This document shows, in pieces, positions 46,703 to 56,528 of a stretch of DNA of 58,403 bases. Origin of the DNA: a virus (Duplodnaviria; Caudoviricetes); the IMG/VR virus record IMGVR_UViG_3300048598_000026, positions 1-58,403 of that record. One strand, written 5' to 3'. Numbering within the stretch: position 1 is the stretch's first letter; the number at the start of each line of letters is the position of its first letter. A model generated the notes under the pieces. The model had not been told where the DNA came from. It saw only the letters and a list, made by a program, of their open reading frames with translations, and searched no databases. The position numbers were made by a program, and so were the translations under genes.

Positions 46703-47508
46703 ACTTTTCCCATCATCTGCGCGAAACGATAAAACAACGTGATAGCCTGTTCACGTGTAAGCATGTCTGCCCACATGTAATTTGGCTGCCCGTCAGCGCC
46801 GTTTCCACCTCCGGCAATCAGACCGGTCTCAATAGCCCACTGACGAGCCTTCTCGCTCCAAGCAGCACTATCGTTGTCTTGAAGTTCCTTGCGCATTTCA
46901 TTCCAAAGCTCTTTAAATTTATTGACGTCCATGTCTTCATCCTCCTTTTCATCCTCCTCTTGTACGAGCGAATAATCTGGCCGACCATAACCACCGATCT
47001 TCGTATAGTTTAAGCTGTACGATTTGTCTCGCACTGCTCCGCCGTTAGCAACGACACCGGCATTACTTGAGGTATTGCCCTCGATAGTATAGACTCGTCC
47101 ATTGGCTACTTTCTCGACAATGCCGGTATGCCCCATTTCGTTGCCATTCGTGAAGAAAATCTGATCTCCGGGCTGCGGATTGTCGGTGACGAACCGACCT
47201 ACTTCCTTATAGTAGTTTGCTGAACAGGTGCATCCGGCACCGTATCCACCCATTGCCTGATTCGTCATTTTCATGGCCGTTTTCAGACCAAAGGTCTTGA
47301 TAAAACACCAATCAACAAATATGTCGCACCAGGAATAACCATTTTTAGGGAAATTGTAAATGCCCATACTGTCAAGGTCACGGGCATACTTGGTCCAGTT
47401 GTTATACCCAGCATTAGCAGTATGGTCGTCGAGCCGAGCGTTGGAGGCTTTTTCAAGATAGCCAATTTCTTTTCTAGCCGTAGTTAAAAGTTTTTCAACT
47501 GGCGTCAT
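46699..47508 (-). CDS. CHAP-domain endolysin with SLH-like C-terminus
   Basis: WCDIFVDW, GHTGIV, TIEGNT; C-terminal WA...GLI.G...TREQ. Confidence 0.85.
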   Translation of the reverse strand: MTPVEKLLTTARKEIGYLEKASNARLDDHTANAGYNNWTKYARDLDSMGIYNFPKNGYSWCDIFVDWCFIKTFGLKTAMKMTNQAMGGYGAGCTCSANYYKEVGRFVTDNPQPGDQIFFTNGNEMGHTGIVEKVANGRVYTIEGNTSSNAGVVANGGAVRDKSYSLNYTKIGGYGRPDYSLVQEEDEKEDEDMDVNKFKELWNEMRKELQDNDSAAWSEKARQWAIETGLIAGGGNGADGQPNYMWADMLTREQAITLFYRFAQMMGKV

Positions 47509-47851
47509 TGGTATCACTCCCATCCACCAGCGCGGTCTCAATAGTAATAATGCCGTTCTTAAGCTCATAGACAGCTGCCTCAATCATCGCATCCAATTTG
47601 CTTTCATCAAATGTAATGCCATGATCGTGAAGCCAGTCAAGAACATATGCTTTTTTATCTACGCCGCGACCAGTTCCAACATAGATCTGTTCAGCGGCAG
47701 TTACGGCAATTTTTACCCAGGCGTTGATCTCCGTCTGCTGCTGCTTCGTGGTTTTGCTCTTGATATAGGGAATGACTACGACCATGATAACGATGCCAAT
47801 CAGCGCAAACACAGCATCAATAATTGTGGTAGCATTAAACATACTAAACAT
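47495..47851 (-). CDS. Holin (LL-H family-like)
   Basis: TM plus AVTAAEQ...KKAYV...IEAAVYEL. Confidence 0.8.
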   Translation of the reverse strand: MFSMFNATTIIDAVFALIGIVIMVVVIPYIKSKTTKQQQTEINAWVKIAVTAAEQIYVGTGRGVDKKAYVLDWLHDHGITFDESKLDAMIEAAVYELKNGIITIETALVDGSDTNDAS

Positions 47852-47861
47852 ACTTTAAAAA

Positions 47862-48404
47862 TCATCCTCTCGTATTTAGTTGTTTTCTGCGAGCCGCGTT
47901 CAAAGCAGCATTGCGACTCATGATGTCTTTCTTACTTCTCTTCTTAGGCGGCGTATTTTTAATATTGCAAACTTTAATTAAAGTAAGAAGACGGTTAAGA
48001 TGCCATTTCTGACACTCGAATGGGATATTCAAAGCAATCATCCAGTAATAGATAAGCTCTGCTGTAATCTGCTCTCTGCTTACTTTGCTGGTTTTATCAT
48101 CAGAAAAATAAGTGGCCGTCATCGGAGCTTCTATATACTTGTTAATCTTGTTAATGTTTCCATTGGTGAGATAATTGTAAATACCTGGATCCACGTTCTG
48201 CGTAAGTGTCATACATTTTATGTAATCCAGAGTTTCTTCGAATGACTTTTCGTTCCTAGTCAAAAACGCTTTACACCATTTGGACTCCCATTTTGAAAGG
48301 GAGACGAGAGAATGCTCTAATTGCAACGTCTGCTCTTTTGTTGTGACAAACTCTTGTTTTTTCTCGTCCCATTGCTCAACAGCCGGTATTGTAATCCAAA
48401 GCAT
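47862..48404 (-). CDS. Tail assembly chaperone-like protein
   Basis: Position before tape measure; LEHSLVSLSKWESKW. Confidence 0.6.
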   Translation of the reverse strand: MLWITIPAVEQWDEKKQEFVTTKEQTLQLEHSLVSLSKWESKWCKAFLTRNEKSFEETLDYIKCMTLTQNVDPGIYNYLTNGNINKINKYIEAPMTATYFSDDKTSKVSREQITAELIYYWMIALNIPFECQKWHLNRLLTLIKVCNIKNTPPKKRSKKDIMSRNAALNAARRKQLNTRG

Positions 48405-48423
48405 TCCTCAACCCTCCAATTAT

Positions 48424-48819
48424 TTATTGATGCGTAACAGGAGCCGGAGCAGTTTTAGCCGCATCAACAGGAACGATAGCATTCACAAATTTCGCAGCAG
48501 CATCGGCATCGGTAGCCAACTCCATAAACAGCTGAGAGTATGCCTCGGTCTGAGAAAAGGCCGTAGAAATTTCTTCAGACTTGATAAACCTCTTTCCGTC
48601 AGGAGATTTCTCTCCGTAAGCCTTGAGAATGATCTCTTTGAAGGTCTTGATAATCCTTTCACCGTCCTGCGCAGCGACGATCCTATTGAGCATTTGTGTC
48701 ATTCCTCCGGTTACGCCCATCTCCATTTCCAAGACTTCTGCCTTAGATAGATTAAAGTAGAAATCCTCGGTCCTTTTGTTTCCGTCGAAGTCCTCGTAAG
48801 TAATGGTCTTTTTCAACAT
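48424..48819 (-). CDS. Tail assembly chaperone
   Basis: Follows major tail genes; TEDFYFNL, YGEKSPDGKRF. Confidence 0.65.
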   Translation of the reverse strand: MLKKTITYEDFDGNKRTEDFYFNLSKAEVLEMEMGVTGGMTQMLNRIVAAQDGERIIKTFKEIILKAYGEKSPDGKRFIKSEEISTAFSQTEAYSQLFMELATDADAAAKFVNAIVPVDAAKTAPAPVTHQ

Positions 48820-48887
48820 GATAAATTTTCTCCTTTCGATAATAAAAATAGGGGACCACCAGCCCGTCAGCCTGAATACGACTCCCT

Positions 48888-49625
48888 CTAATAGACAACA
48901 GATTGCATTGAATTACCGAAGCTATCCAAAAGTAAATCATTGTTCGAATCTCTTAAATACATATGAATTTGAAAAAGCTCTTTTATCTCTGAAACTAATG
49001 GAAGTCTCGCATCCGTTTCGGTACTGCCATACAATACTTCTTCTATACTTTTTAAAACATTAACCAAACCGGAAGACTTGAATTTTGTAGAGTCGCAAAT
49101 CAGGAACGCAATAGGTTTAAACCCATCAACCAATACCGGGGTAGTGGTAATTTCCCAGGAAAAAGTTATTGCTTCTGGGCTATCATTAATGGTTGAATAT
49201 TCTTTATCCGAAGGAGCCGCCAAAGCTCCATAAATCAAATGAATCTTATATCCATAATCGGTTGCATCTTTATCATTACCAATTAAAGTACGATAGCATA
49301 AACCAAAAAGCGATTTCTTCTGTTGAGTAATCGTAATCCCAGGAATTATCGCATGTTCACCTAAACATCGCTTAAATTCATCAGGATAAGTATAAGCCTC
49401 AATTGTGGCACCGAATTCTTCGGCGGATAGCAGATTCAAATACTTGATGTTATCAGCATACAAAGGGTTGGGTTCAGCACCCGAAGGGGATTCGGTTACA
49501 GCTGTAAGACCACTCCACGCAACACCTTTCGTGTACCCTCCAGTCTGAATAGGATAAAGAACACCATGACTGACACCGGTTTCATAAAAACGTTCACCGG
49601 TCTTATCCCAAACAAGTTTCGACAT
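48888..49625 (-). CDS. Major tail protein paralog 2 with C-terminal extension
   Basis: First ~84 aa identical to paralog 1; extra LRDSNNDLLLDS tail. Confidence 0.8.
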   Translation of the reverse strand: MSKLVWDKTGERFYETGVSHGVLYPIQTGGYTKGVAWSGLTAVTESPSGAEPNPLYADNIKYLNLLSAEEFGATIEAYTYPDEFKRCLGEHAIIPGITITQQKKSLFGLCYRTLIGNDKDATDYGYKIHLIYGALAAPSDKEYSTINDSPEAITFSWEITTTPVLVDGFKPIAFLICDSTKFKSSGLVNVLKSIEEVLYGSTETDARLPLVSEIKELFQIHMYLRDSNNDLLLDSFGNSMQSVVY

Positions 49626-50305
49626 TTTGATTCCTCCTAAATTAAGAAGACATCAGCGTAATAATCTCAGCGGGTAGAGGTAGTCTTGACTCGGTCTGAG
49701 TATCACCATAAAGAATTTTTTCCAAAGCGAATAAATTTGCCTCATTAACCTTAGTGCTATCAATAGTCACACTAGCTGTCGGCTTATGACTCGGGACATC
49801 AACTGGTGTGGTGGTAATTTCCCAGGAAAAAGTTATTGCTTCTGGGCTATCATTAATGGTTGAATATTCTTTATCCGAAGGAGCCGCCAAAGCTCCATAA
49901 ATCAAATGCAGCTTATAACCATGATCATTGTTGTCAATGTCATTACCGATAATTGTTCTATAACAAAGACCGAAAGTTTTACGGTTTTGCTGTCCGATTT
50001 TCACCCCAGGAGCAATTTCCGCAGAACCATCGCACTCTGCGAATTCATCAGGATAAGTATAAGCCTCAATTGTGGCACCGAATTCTTCGGCGGATAGCAG
50101 ATTCAAATACTTGATGTTATCAGCATACAAAGGGTTGGGTTCAGCACCCGAAGGGGATTCGGTTACAGCTGTAAGACCACTCCACGCAACACCTTTCGTG
50201 TACCCTCCAGTCTGAATAGGATAAAGAACACCATGACTGACACCGGTTTCATAAAAACGTTCACCGGTCTTATCCCAAACAAGTTTCGACATTTTGATTC
50301 CTCCT
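49375..50305. repeat. 264-bp exact direct repeat (49375-49638 = 50042-50305); second 98-bp block 49144-49241 = 49811-49908
   Basis: Direct comparison; both blocks offset by 667 bp. Confidence 0.9.
49642..50292 (-). CDS. Major tail protein paralog 1
   Basis: ESPSGAE, YADNIKY, IEAYTYPDEF, INDSPEAITFSWE. Confidence 0.85.
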   Translation of the reverse strand: MSKLVWDKTGERFYETGVSHGVLYPIQTGGYTKGVAWSGLTAVTESPSGAEPNPLYADNIKYLNLLSAEEFGATIEAYTYPDEFAECDGSAEIAPGVKIGQQNRKTFGLCYRTIIGNDIDNNDHGYKLHLIYGALAAPSDKEYSTINDSPEAITFSWEITTTPVDVPSHKPTASVTIDSTKVNEANLFALEKILYGDTQTESRLPLPAEIITLMSS

Positions 50306-50306
50306 T

Positions 50307-50621
50307 TTAAAAATATAGAATAAAAACATCATGATTAAGATTGTCCGACTCGAAATGCCGATTAAATCGACAAGTAGGTAAAGCCGCAACTTTATCTACA
50401 ATCGGGCTATCTGGATCCTCATCAATGACCGTTACGGAATATTTCTTTCTAAAAAAATAAACCCCGTCATCTGCAAACGTGTTCTCGATGTCTTCGAGAC
50501 CGTAAACAATGGCGGGGTATTTCATTTTTAGTAACTCAGGGGGTTGAAAATACACATTTCGACTTCCGATAAGTTCCTCAAGTAAAATCTGTAGTTTGAT
50601 CCTACTGGGTATTGTACACAC
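50307..50621 (-). CDS. Tail terminator-like protein
   Basis: NVYFQPP...YPAIVY; position before major tail; possible ATA start at 50612. Confidence 0.65.
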   Translation of the reverse strand: MCTIPSRIKLQILLEELIGSRNVYFQPPELLKMKYPAIVYGLEDIENTFADDGVYFFRKKYSVTVIDEDPDSPIVDKVAALPTCRFNRHFESDNLNHDVFILYF

Positions 50622-50919
50622 CCCCTATAGTCAGTATTAATCTAGGGTACTGAACTTCTACCTTTGTAATCTTCCATTTAGCACCCATAAACTCAACGTA
50701 GCGCATCGAATGAAAATTCTCATTGGCAAACGGATCGGATACGATGCTGATCTCATTTGCAACATTGATGTCGTCATTGAGTTTGTCGGTGGATTGAAGC
50801 TTGCTGGTGTTCCGAACCAGGTCACCATAGTAATCGCGCTCGGTAAACTGCTCCTTCCACACGCCAGGCGTCGTTTCCGCCGTTTCAGCGTAGCCGATTA
50901 CTCCGTAAAATTTAGCCAT
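50602..50919 (-). CDS. Head-tail adaptor/stopper
   Basis: Position after capsid gene; YVEFMGAKWKI...YPRLIL. Confidence 0.65.
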   Translation of the reverse strand: MAKFYGVIGYAETAETTPGVWKEQFTERDYYGDLVRNTSKLQSTDKLNDDINVANEISIVSDPFANENFHSMRYVEFMGAKWKITKVEVQYPRLILTIGGVYNTQ

Positions 50920-50953
50920 TTTGAATTCTCTCCTTTGTTAATTAACCCTGGTT

Positions 50954-52624
50954 TTATTCGGTGGAAAGCTCCAAAGAGATGGCGGAGTAAGGCTTGATCA
51001 ACGCGCCGGAGCAACGAGTCTCGATGAGGTACTTCTGGGCATTGTAATCAATATCGAAGTCATCGAACATGTTAACAGCGCCGCCCTTGTCAGCACCGAT
51101 GTTATAGTCATTCAAGTTGACAATGATGCCCATTAGACTATAAGTAGTGCTGCCGTCGACACGAGACAGATCCTCCATAACAGGAACAGTCACGATCTCT
51201 TTGACACGCAGAGCAGTCGCCAGCTTCGTGACAGAATCATAGATGATACGACCGGTTGTATCTTCCATCAACAGGCAGTCGGTGAGAACGTCCTCAGTAG
51301 TGTATAAAGTGGGCTCGCCGGAACCCTTGTAGTTTTTACGTGCCTTGATGGCCGCACGGATAAATGCTTTCGCCTTCTGATCGGCGGTAGCACCAGTCGC
51401 AACCGTAACAGGAGCCTTGATGGTGTACAGATCGGCATCAGTCCAGATAGGACGAATGTTTTGCTCGTTGATCTTATCGTCGGAAGAGCTCAGACGACCA
51501 TCGCCGACCAGAACGGCACGGGCAATTTCCTCGTCCAGCATCATACGCATCTCCGACTTAAGCCAAGTCACAACGTCGAAATCGGTGATATCAACAACAT
51601 CATCGCGATCCAACTTCTGCTTCTTGTAGATAGTGGTCGGAGTTGTCGAACGCTTGAGCAGAGAAAAGACTTCTTCCTTCTTCAGTTTACCCTTAATATA
51701 ACCCTTAGCGCGGGCATCCTCTTCTGTGATGTCGGCAAAAATAGACTTGATGCGAGAGAACGGGGTGTGATGAACACCGTTCATAATTTTCTGAACCCAA
51801 CCCATATCTCTCTGGATAAACTGAGGGGTATTAGTAACGTTTTGGGCATCGGGGAACAGGTAATCAATATTATCAATACCGTGAGCAAGGGCACTGTCTC
51901 TTAGACTGCCGTAACGCTTAGCGTCGGCAAAGATAGCTTCCATATCGGAGTGACTCAAAACATCCTTCTTCTGAATATCCTCATTGTCAAATACGTTGTG
52001 TTTCATAACTTTATTTCCTCCTTTAGGATCATCATTGTTATTATCTTCGGACTCTTCATTTTCATCAAGAGCTCGCCCAATCATCGCATAGACCACCATT
52101 TTCTGTTTTTCGTTGAGGGTGTTGAATACATCGGCAACGGTTTCCTCGGTTTCGTTCTTCTTCTCTTCGGCATGGTATAACGCAATGTTCTCACCGGTAT
52201 AGATGATGGCTTCCTCATCGGATTCCTCTCCATGCCGAATTACAGCATCGATGAATGCGCCGGGATTTGCTCCAGCCAGAACGAGACTTAGTTCACGAAT
52301 CGCACCATGAAGCACATTGGGACCCTGCTGCTTCAGTTGATTAGCGTAAATGGACAGAGCAGACACGTCACCATGCTCAACCAGAAGCTTAGCATTCTTG
52401 CCAGATTCAGTTTCGTTGAATTTACAATAAGCGTATACACCTTCATCACGATTTTCGAGCAAAGCGTGCCCAAGAACGTTGAGTGGATCATTGTGCTGGT
52501 GATTCCATACAAGAGGAACCGTCTGCCCGTCGTTATGCTTAAATGCATCTTTCATGATGGTTCTTCCATCAGAGCATTTGAGATTGTTTCGGGTAGCCCA
52601 ACCACTGAAATCAAATATCTTCAT
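50954..52624 (-). CDS. Prohead protease - HK97-type major capsid fusion
   Basis: N-terminal VPLVWNH.H...LSI...ELSLV..GANP protease; C-terminal capsid domain EEIARAVLVGDG. Confidence 0.85.
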   Translation of the reverse strand: MKIFDFSGWATRNNLKCSDGRTIMKDAFKHNDGQTVPLVWNHQHNDPLNVLGHALLENRDEGVYAYCKFNETESGKNAKLLVEHGDVSALSIYANQLKQQGPNVLHGAIRELSLVLAGANPGAFIDAVIRHGEESDEEAIIYTGENIALYHAEEKKNETEETVADVFNTLNEKQKMVVYAMIGRALDENEESEDNNNDDPKGGNKVMKHNVFDNEDIQKKDVLSHSDMEAIFADAKRYGSLRDSALAHGIDNIDYLFPDAQNVTNTPQFIQRDMGWVQKIMNGVHHTPFSRIKSIFADITEEDARAKGYIKGKLKKEEVFSLLKRSTTPTTIYKKQKLDRDDVVDITDFDVVTWLKSEMRMMLDEEIARAVLVGDGRLSSSDDKINEQNIRPIWTDADLYTIKAPVTVATGATADQKAKAFIRAAIKARKNYKGSGEPTLYTTEDVLTDCLLMEDTTGRIIYDSVTKLATALRVKEIVTVPVMEDLSRVDGSTTYSLMGIIVNLNDYNIGADKGGAVNMFDDFDIDYNAQKYLIETRCSGALIKPYSAISLELSTE

Positions 52625-52690
52625 TTTGAATTTTCTCCTTTACAATTTATTATTTACCGTCCTGATCTTTTCTTCAGCCACATCATTCAC

Positions 52691-53905
52691 TTAATCGGTT
52701 TTGTCTTTTGACGGTTCGCTCAGGTTCTTATTCCTAAGCTCGTCCGCTTTCGGATCATCCGACGGCTTCATTCCGATGATCTGTCTAATTTCGTTCGACG
52801 TCATTATCTCGTTTCGAGTAAACTTGTCAGCAATTTCAGAAATCTCATTAACCGGAACAAGCTTGAACGGGTCTCTGAAGAATGAAATCGACTGCAATTG
52901 TGACCGAGCGGTTTTAGTTAGAAACTTTCGTTTCATCTCATCAACAATAGCTGAAAGAATAGGCTCAATCGTACGGTTATAATAGTTGAGCATCGTTTTA
53001 TTGTCGGCAGAACCATCCAATATACTCTGAGTGATCCCTAACTGGCTGTATAACATACTCGTTAGGTATTCAATCTGTTTCATTAAATTATTTTCGACAG
53101 CGCGATTCAATTGTGTGATACGCTCGGTACCATCGGTATAAGCAATACCATACCTTGAACCTACCAATTGCTCTTCTATATCTTTACGCCGATTTTCGGC
53201 TTGTTGACGTCTTGCTTCTGTCTTGATTATATATGGTAACTGAATAATTAAATCTAACTTACCAGAACTACTCTGTTCATCAACCACATCCAAAAGATTA
53301 AGTTTTCGAACAAGACGCTTCATGGTTGAGTTAGGTTCGTTAATAACTGCATACAAGGGATTTTCGACGATGGCAACCGTGCTTTTCGGAACCTCAATAT
53401 CCTCTTTAAGACCGGTTTTCTCATTGTATACACGAACTCTGATATGATTTGGATACCAGTCTAAAATTTTACCAGTTCGCATTGAATTGATGTCATAAGA
53501 ACTGGTAACCTCGGGATTAAAGGTTGTGTCGACTGGAACAATAGCCACACTTCCTTCATCCAGCATTGACATAACGGCATCCTGTATAAAAGCTCTACCA
53601 GTTTGATCAATGTTGGCTTCGACAGTAAGGCATCCGTTTAATCCCGATTCTATGACCGATAGGAAACGATTATTTTCGTCTAATCGAACATGCTGGACGT
53701 TGATGGACGCAGAATCTAAAGCAATACGGTTATATACCGAAGTTACTATAGATCGCTCATTTCCACGTGTAAGTCTCGGCCTGTCCGGTCTATAAGAATG
53801 ACCGACCCCAATATTTCTGTAATAACTTGTGGGGTCTTTATTGAGAAATGCATTCCAAGCATGTTTTAGTCTGGAACCAAAAGTCATCTCCAATTTAATC
53901 ATCAC
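52691..53905 (-). CDS. Portal protein
   Basis: HK97-like portal between terminase and capsid; IMTSNEIR. Confidence 0.88.
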   Translation of the reverse strand: MMIKLEMTFGSRLKHAWNAFLNKDPTSYYRNIGVGHSYRPDRPRLTRGNERSIVTSVYNRIALDSASINVQHVRLDENNRFLSVIESGLNGCLTVEANIDQTGRAFIQDAVMSMLDEGSVAIVPVDTTFNPEVTSSYDINSMRTGKILDWYPNHIRVRVYNEKTGLKEDIEVPKSTVAIVENPLYAVINEPNSTMKRLVRKLNLLDVVDEQSSSGKLDLIIQLPYIIKTEARRQQAENRRKDIEEQLVGSRYGIAYTDGTERITQLNRAVENNLMKQIEYLTSMLYSQLGITQSILDGSADNKTMLNYYNRTIEPILSAIVDEMKRKFLTKTARSQLQSISFFRDPFKLVPVNEISEIADKFTRNEIMTSNEIRQIIGMKPSDDPKADELRNKNLSEPSKDKTD

Positions 53906-54224
53906 CTCCTAAACGATCGAGCGAATTGGCGATGATCTTAAGTCCTCCGATGATTTGTAACATGTGCAAAGTATCGATTTTTCCAGCCTTTATCATCGTT
54001 TGGATAGATTTAGAACTTATCGCCACGCCACCAATAATACGAAGTATATCAAGAACCTCATGTTTACCATTCGCAGAGATATTTTTCTTGGTGTTACTAT
54101 CCTTTTTGGGCGAAGTTTTTTGTTTAAATTCTTTTCTTCCCGCAACGCGATCAAGAGTCCCCCTGGTTCTTCTTACACCCCACTTCATTCCGAGAATGCC
54201 ATAATGTTGCAAACTATTGCTCAT
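53895..54224 (-). CDS. Head-module protein with LQHYGILGMKWG N-terminal motif
   Basis: Shares RBS and first 19 codons with 56002-56523. Confidence 0.65.
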   Translation of the reverse strand: MSNSLQHYGILGMKWGVRRTRGTLDRVAGRKEFKQKTSPKKDSNTKKNISANGKHEVLDILRIIGGVAISSKSIQTMIKAGKIDTLHMLQIIGGLKIIANSLDRLGGDD

Positions 54225-54240
54225 GATCGTTATCCCTCCT

Positions 54241-55989
54241 TTAATCAAAAGCATCTTTGTTCAGCTTATAAGCGATGTAAGCATCCATCATAGCGGCTAC
54301 GGCATCGATCTTCTGCTCATATCGTTTTTTTAGTAATTTTCGGTTTCCATTGGTATCTTCCAGGGTTATACAGTTACCCATGGCAAAAGTCATGAGTTCT
54401 TCGTCAAATAAAAGCATCCGCTCCTCGGAAAGTTTTTTTAACTCTCCAAGAGGAACGGACTCTGTTTTTGCACCCTGTATAACTTTTTCGATACCAAACG
54501 GACCATTTTCTGATTCCCAGCGCTCTATAAATTCCTTTGCATTATATGGGTCAAAGCCGAAACATCGTACATCATATCCACATTCGTTTATATGATTATC
54601 CAAGTCCTCATAAACCTGCATCATGTCAAGCACGGTTCCCTCAAGAACGATCAAACTTCCCTCATTCATAAATTGGTCATACTTGATTCTCATGGCCGCT
54701 GGAAGTTTCATTAAAGTTGTGGAGGTTATGTAGTTTCGAGTTTTAATACCAAAACAACCGTTGGATAACGGAAAGAGAAAGGTAAACGCGCAGAAGTCAT
54801 CGCCTTGCGAAAGGTCTCCACCTAATGAACAGGGCATTTGCCAAAAGTCTCGTTTCCTGTGAGGAAGAGTTTCTTCGTAAGTAAAGTAGTAAGTATAACC
54901 CTCCATAGGAATCCCGAAACGCTTTGCCAAAATATCGTTTCTGGCTGCCGGGGCTTTTTCTGCTCTTTCAACTTCAAGCTGGTAAGTCTCGTAGCTAACG
55001 GTCTTTCCGAGATTCGGATTGGCTTTTGGCCACATATCTGGGTTGGAGACTTCGTCGAGGGAGTCGAGTTTATACCACCAAATTGAGACATGCGGGTTAA
55101 TATAATCACCCTTTAGAATGTCAGATAGCTCCATTTTGATTGTATCGCCGCTTCCGTTTCGAACAGTACCTTCCGAACTCATAGCCACAATGAGATAGTC
55201 ATCCGTATTTTTTGAAGCGCCCTGTTCAATCGCGCCAACGACGTCTTCCCGAATATCACATGAAAGCCATTCGTCAACAGTGGCGACCCTGTCGTGTCTA
55301 CCTTGGAGCTTGGCTATGCTCATCGGTCTAACTTCAAGGATGGAACCTGTCAAAAAGTTTTGGATACCCAGCTTAGTCGAAGCCAGTTTAACCCTATTCG
55401 CTTTGGAACCCGTCGTGTTTTGAAGAGAACCTTCGGTTAGGAAACGAAACAGTGGACCTCGAGATCTTGTTATAGATGTTCTAATTGGGCCAACGACCTC
55501 GTCGGCTTGTTTCATAGTTGGGGCCGTCGTAACTTGCTGCGTGGTTGATGTATCGACATTTATAAAGTAGCTCTGAATAGTCGAACCATACATCGTCTTA
55601 GCTGCGCCCCTTCCGACGATAAGATATTGTTTGTTGATAAGGCGTTTCTTGATAGTCTTCTTGATGTAATGTCCACCATGACCATCAGAATTTGGCTCGT
55701 ACACGCTTCTTTCAACGAAGTAATACCATCCAAAAACTTGTTCACCCCATAGTTTAAAACTATCCAACAAATGTAAATCGGCACCATCGGTTAAAGTGAG
55801 TTCAGTCTCACAATAATTTATCCAGCCTTCGACTGCTTGATCATCGTAGTAAACTCCGGGATTAGCAATGAGATCATCAATACGGTTCATCTCCATTGAG
55901 ATTTCTTTACATACCGGAATCTCTCCTCGGATAACGGCATCTCTAAACATGCCGTAATATTTTGGAACGGCAGTGTTTGATAATGCCAT
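54241..55989 (-). CDS. terL: Terminase large subunit
   Basis: VGRGAAKT Walker A, TVDE Walker B, GGDLS, FDPYNA, KIDAVAA. Confidence 0.92.
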   Translation of the reverse strand: MALSNTAVPKYYGMFRDAVIRGEIPVCKEISMEMNRIDDLIANPGVYYDDQAVEGWINYCETELTLTDGADLHLLDSFKLWGEQVFGWYYFVERSVYEPNSDGHGGHYIKKTIKKRLINKQYLIVGRGAAKTMYGSTIQSYFINVDTSTTQQVTTAPTMKQADEVVGPIRTSITRSRGPLFRFLTEGSLQNTTGSKANRVKLASTKLGIQNFLTGSILEVRPMSIAKLQGRHDRVATVDEWLSCDIREDVVGAIEQGASKNTDDYLIVAMSSEGTVRNGSGDTIKMELSDILKGDYINPHVSIWWYKLDSLDEVSNPDMWPKANPNLGKTVSYETYQLEVERAEKAPAARNDILAKRFGIPMEGYTYYFTYEETLPHRKRDFWQMPCSLGGDLSQGDDFCAFTFLFPLSNGCFGIKTRNYITSTTLMKLPAAMRIKYDQFMNEGSLIVLEGTVLDMMQVYEDLDNHINECGYDVRCFGFDPYNAKEFIERWESENGPFGIEKVIQGAKTESVPLGELKKLSEERMLLFDEELMTFAMGNCITLEDTNGNRKLLKKRYEQKIDAVAAMMDAYIAYKLNKDAFD

Positions 55990-56001
55990 AATTTATTCTC
56001 C

Positions 56002-56523
56002 TTATTTTTTAGTTTTTTCAAGAATAGCCTTAATCTTTTCGGCATTGTTATAAATAGTAAGAGCTGTAGTAGTAACAGCCGCAACGGTTGTCCCAGCTTT
56101 GATAATCTTTTGTGTATACTCTTTTCCCTTACTAACACTACCTTCGGATAATTGAGAATACTGCCTTTCCATTTGAAGACGATTTACAACTTTTCGAAGC
56201 TCGTCATCGGACATTTCCTTAACATTCTTAGACTTTGCTTTCTTGTTAACTTCTCTCAAAGTCCTATTTTTTTCTTTATCTTTTGCAATACTGTTTCTCC
56301 TTGCTTCTTCCATCGCTTTACGAGCATTTTTATTAGCTTGTCTAACGGTTACATATTTAGATGATGCTCTATCTTTCGCGATACTATTTAATCTTGCTTC
56401 TTTCATTGCTTTTCGAGCATTTTTATTAGCTTGTCTAACGGTTACATATCCGAGTTGAGCTGGGTTTCTTCTTACACCCCACTTCATTCCGAGAATGCCA
56501 TAATGTTGCAAACTATTGCTCAT
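56002..56523 (-). CDS. Basic head-module protein with LQHYGILGMKWG motif and internal 31-aa duplication
   Basis: YVTVRQANKNARKAM x2; MSDDELR...RLQMERQY. Confidence 0.7.
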   Translation of the reverse strand: MSNSLQHYGILGMKWGVRRNPAQLGYVTVRQANKNARKAMKEARLNSIAKDRASSKYVTVRQANKNARKAMEEARRNSIAKDKEKNRTLREVNKKAKSKNVKEMSDDELRKVVNRLQMERQYSQLSEGSVSKGKEYTQKIIKAGTTVAAVTTTALTIYNNAEKIKAILEKTKK

Positions 56524-56528
56524 GATCG

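Noticed and set aside
47862-48819. Programmed -1 frameshift between tail chaperones
   Set aside because: No clear slippery heptamer at the end of the first gene, and the second has its own GGAGG RBS and ATG
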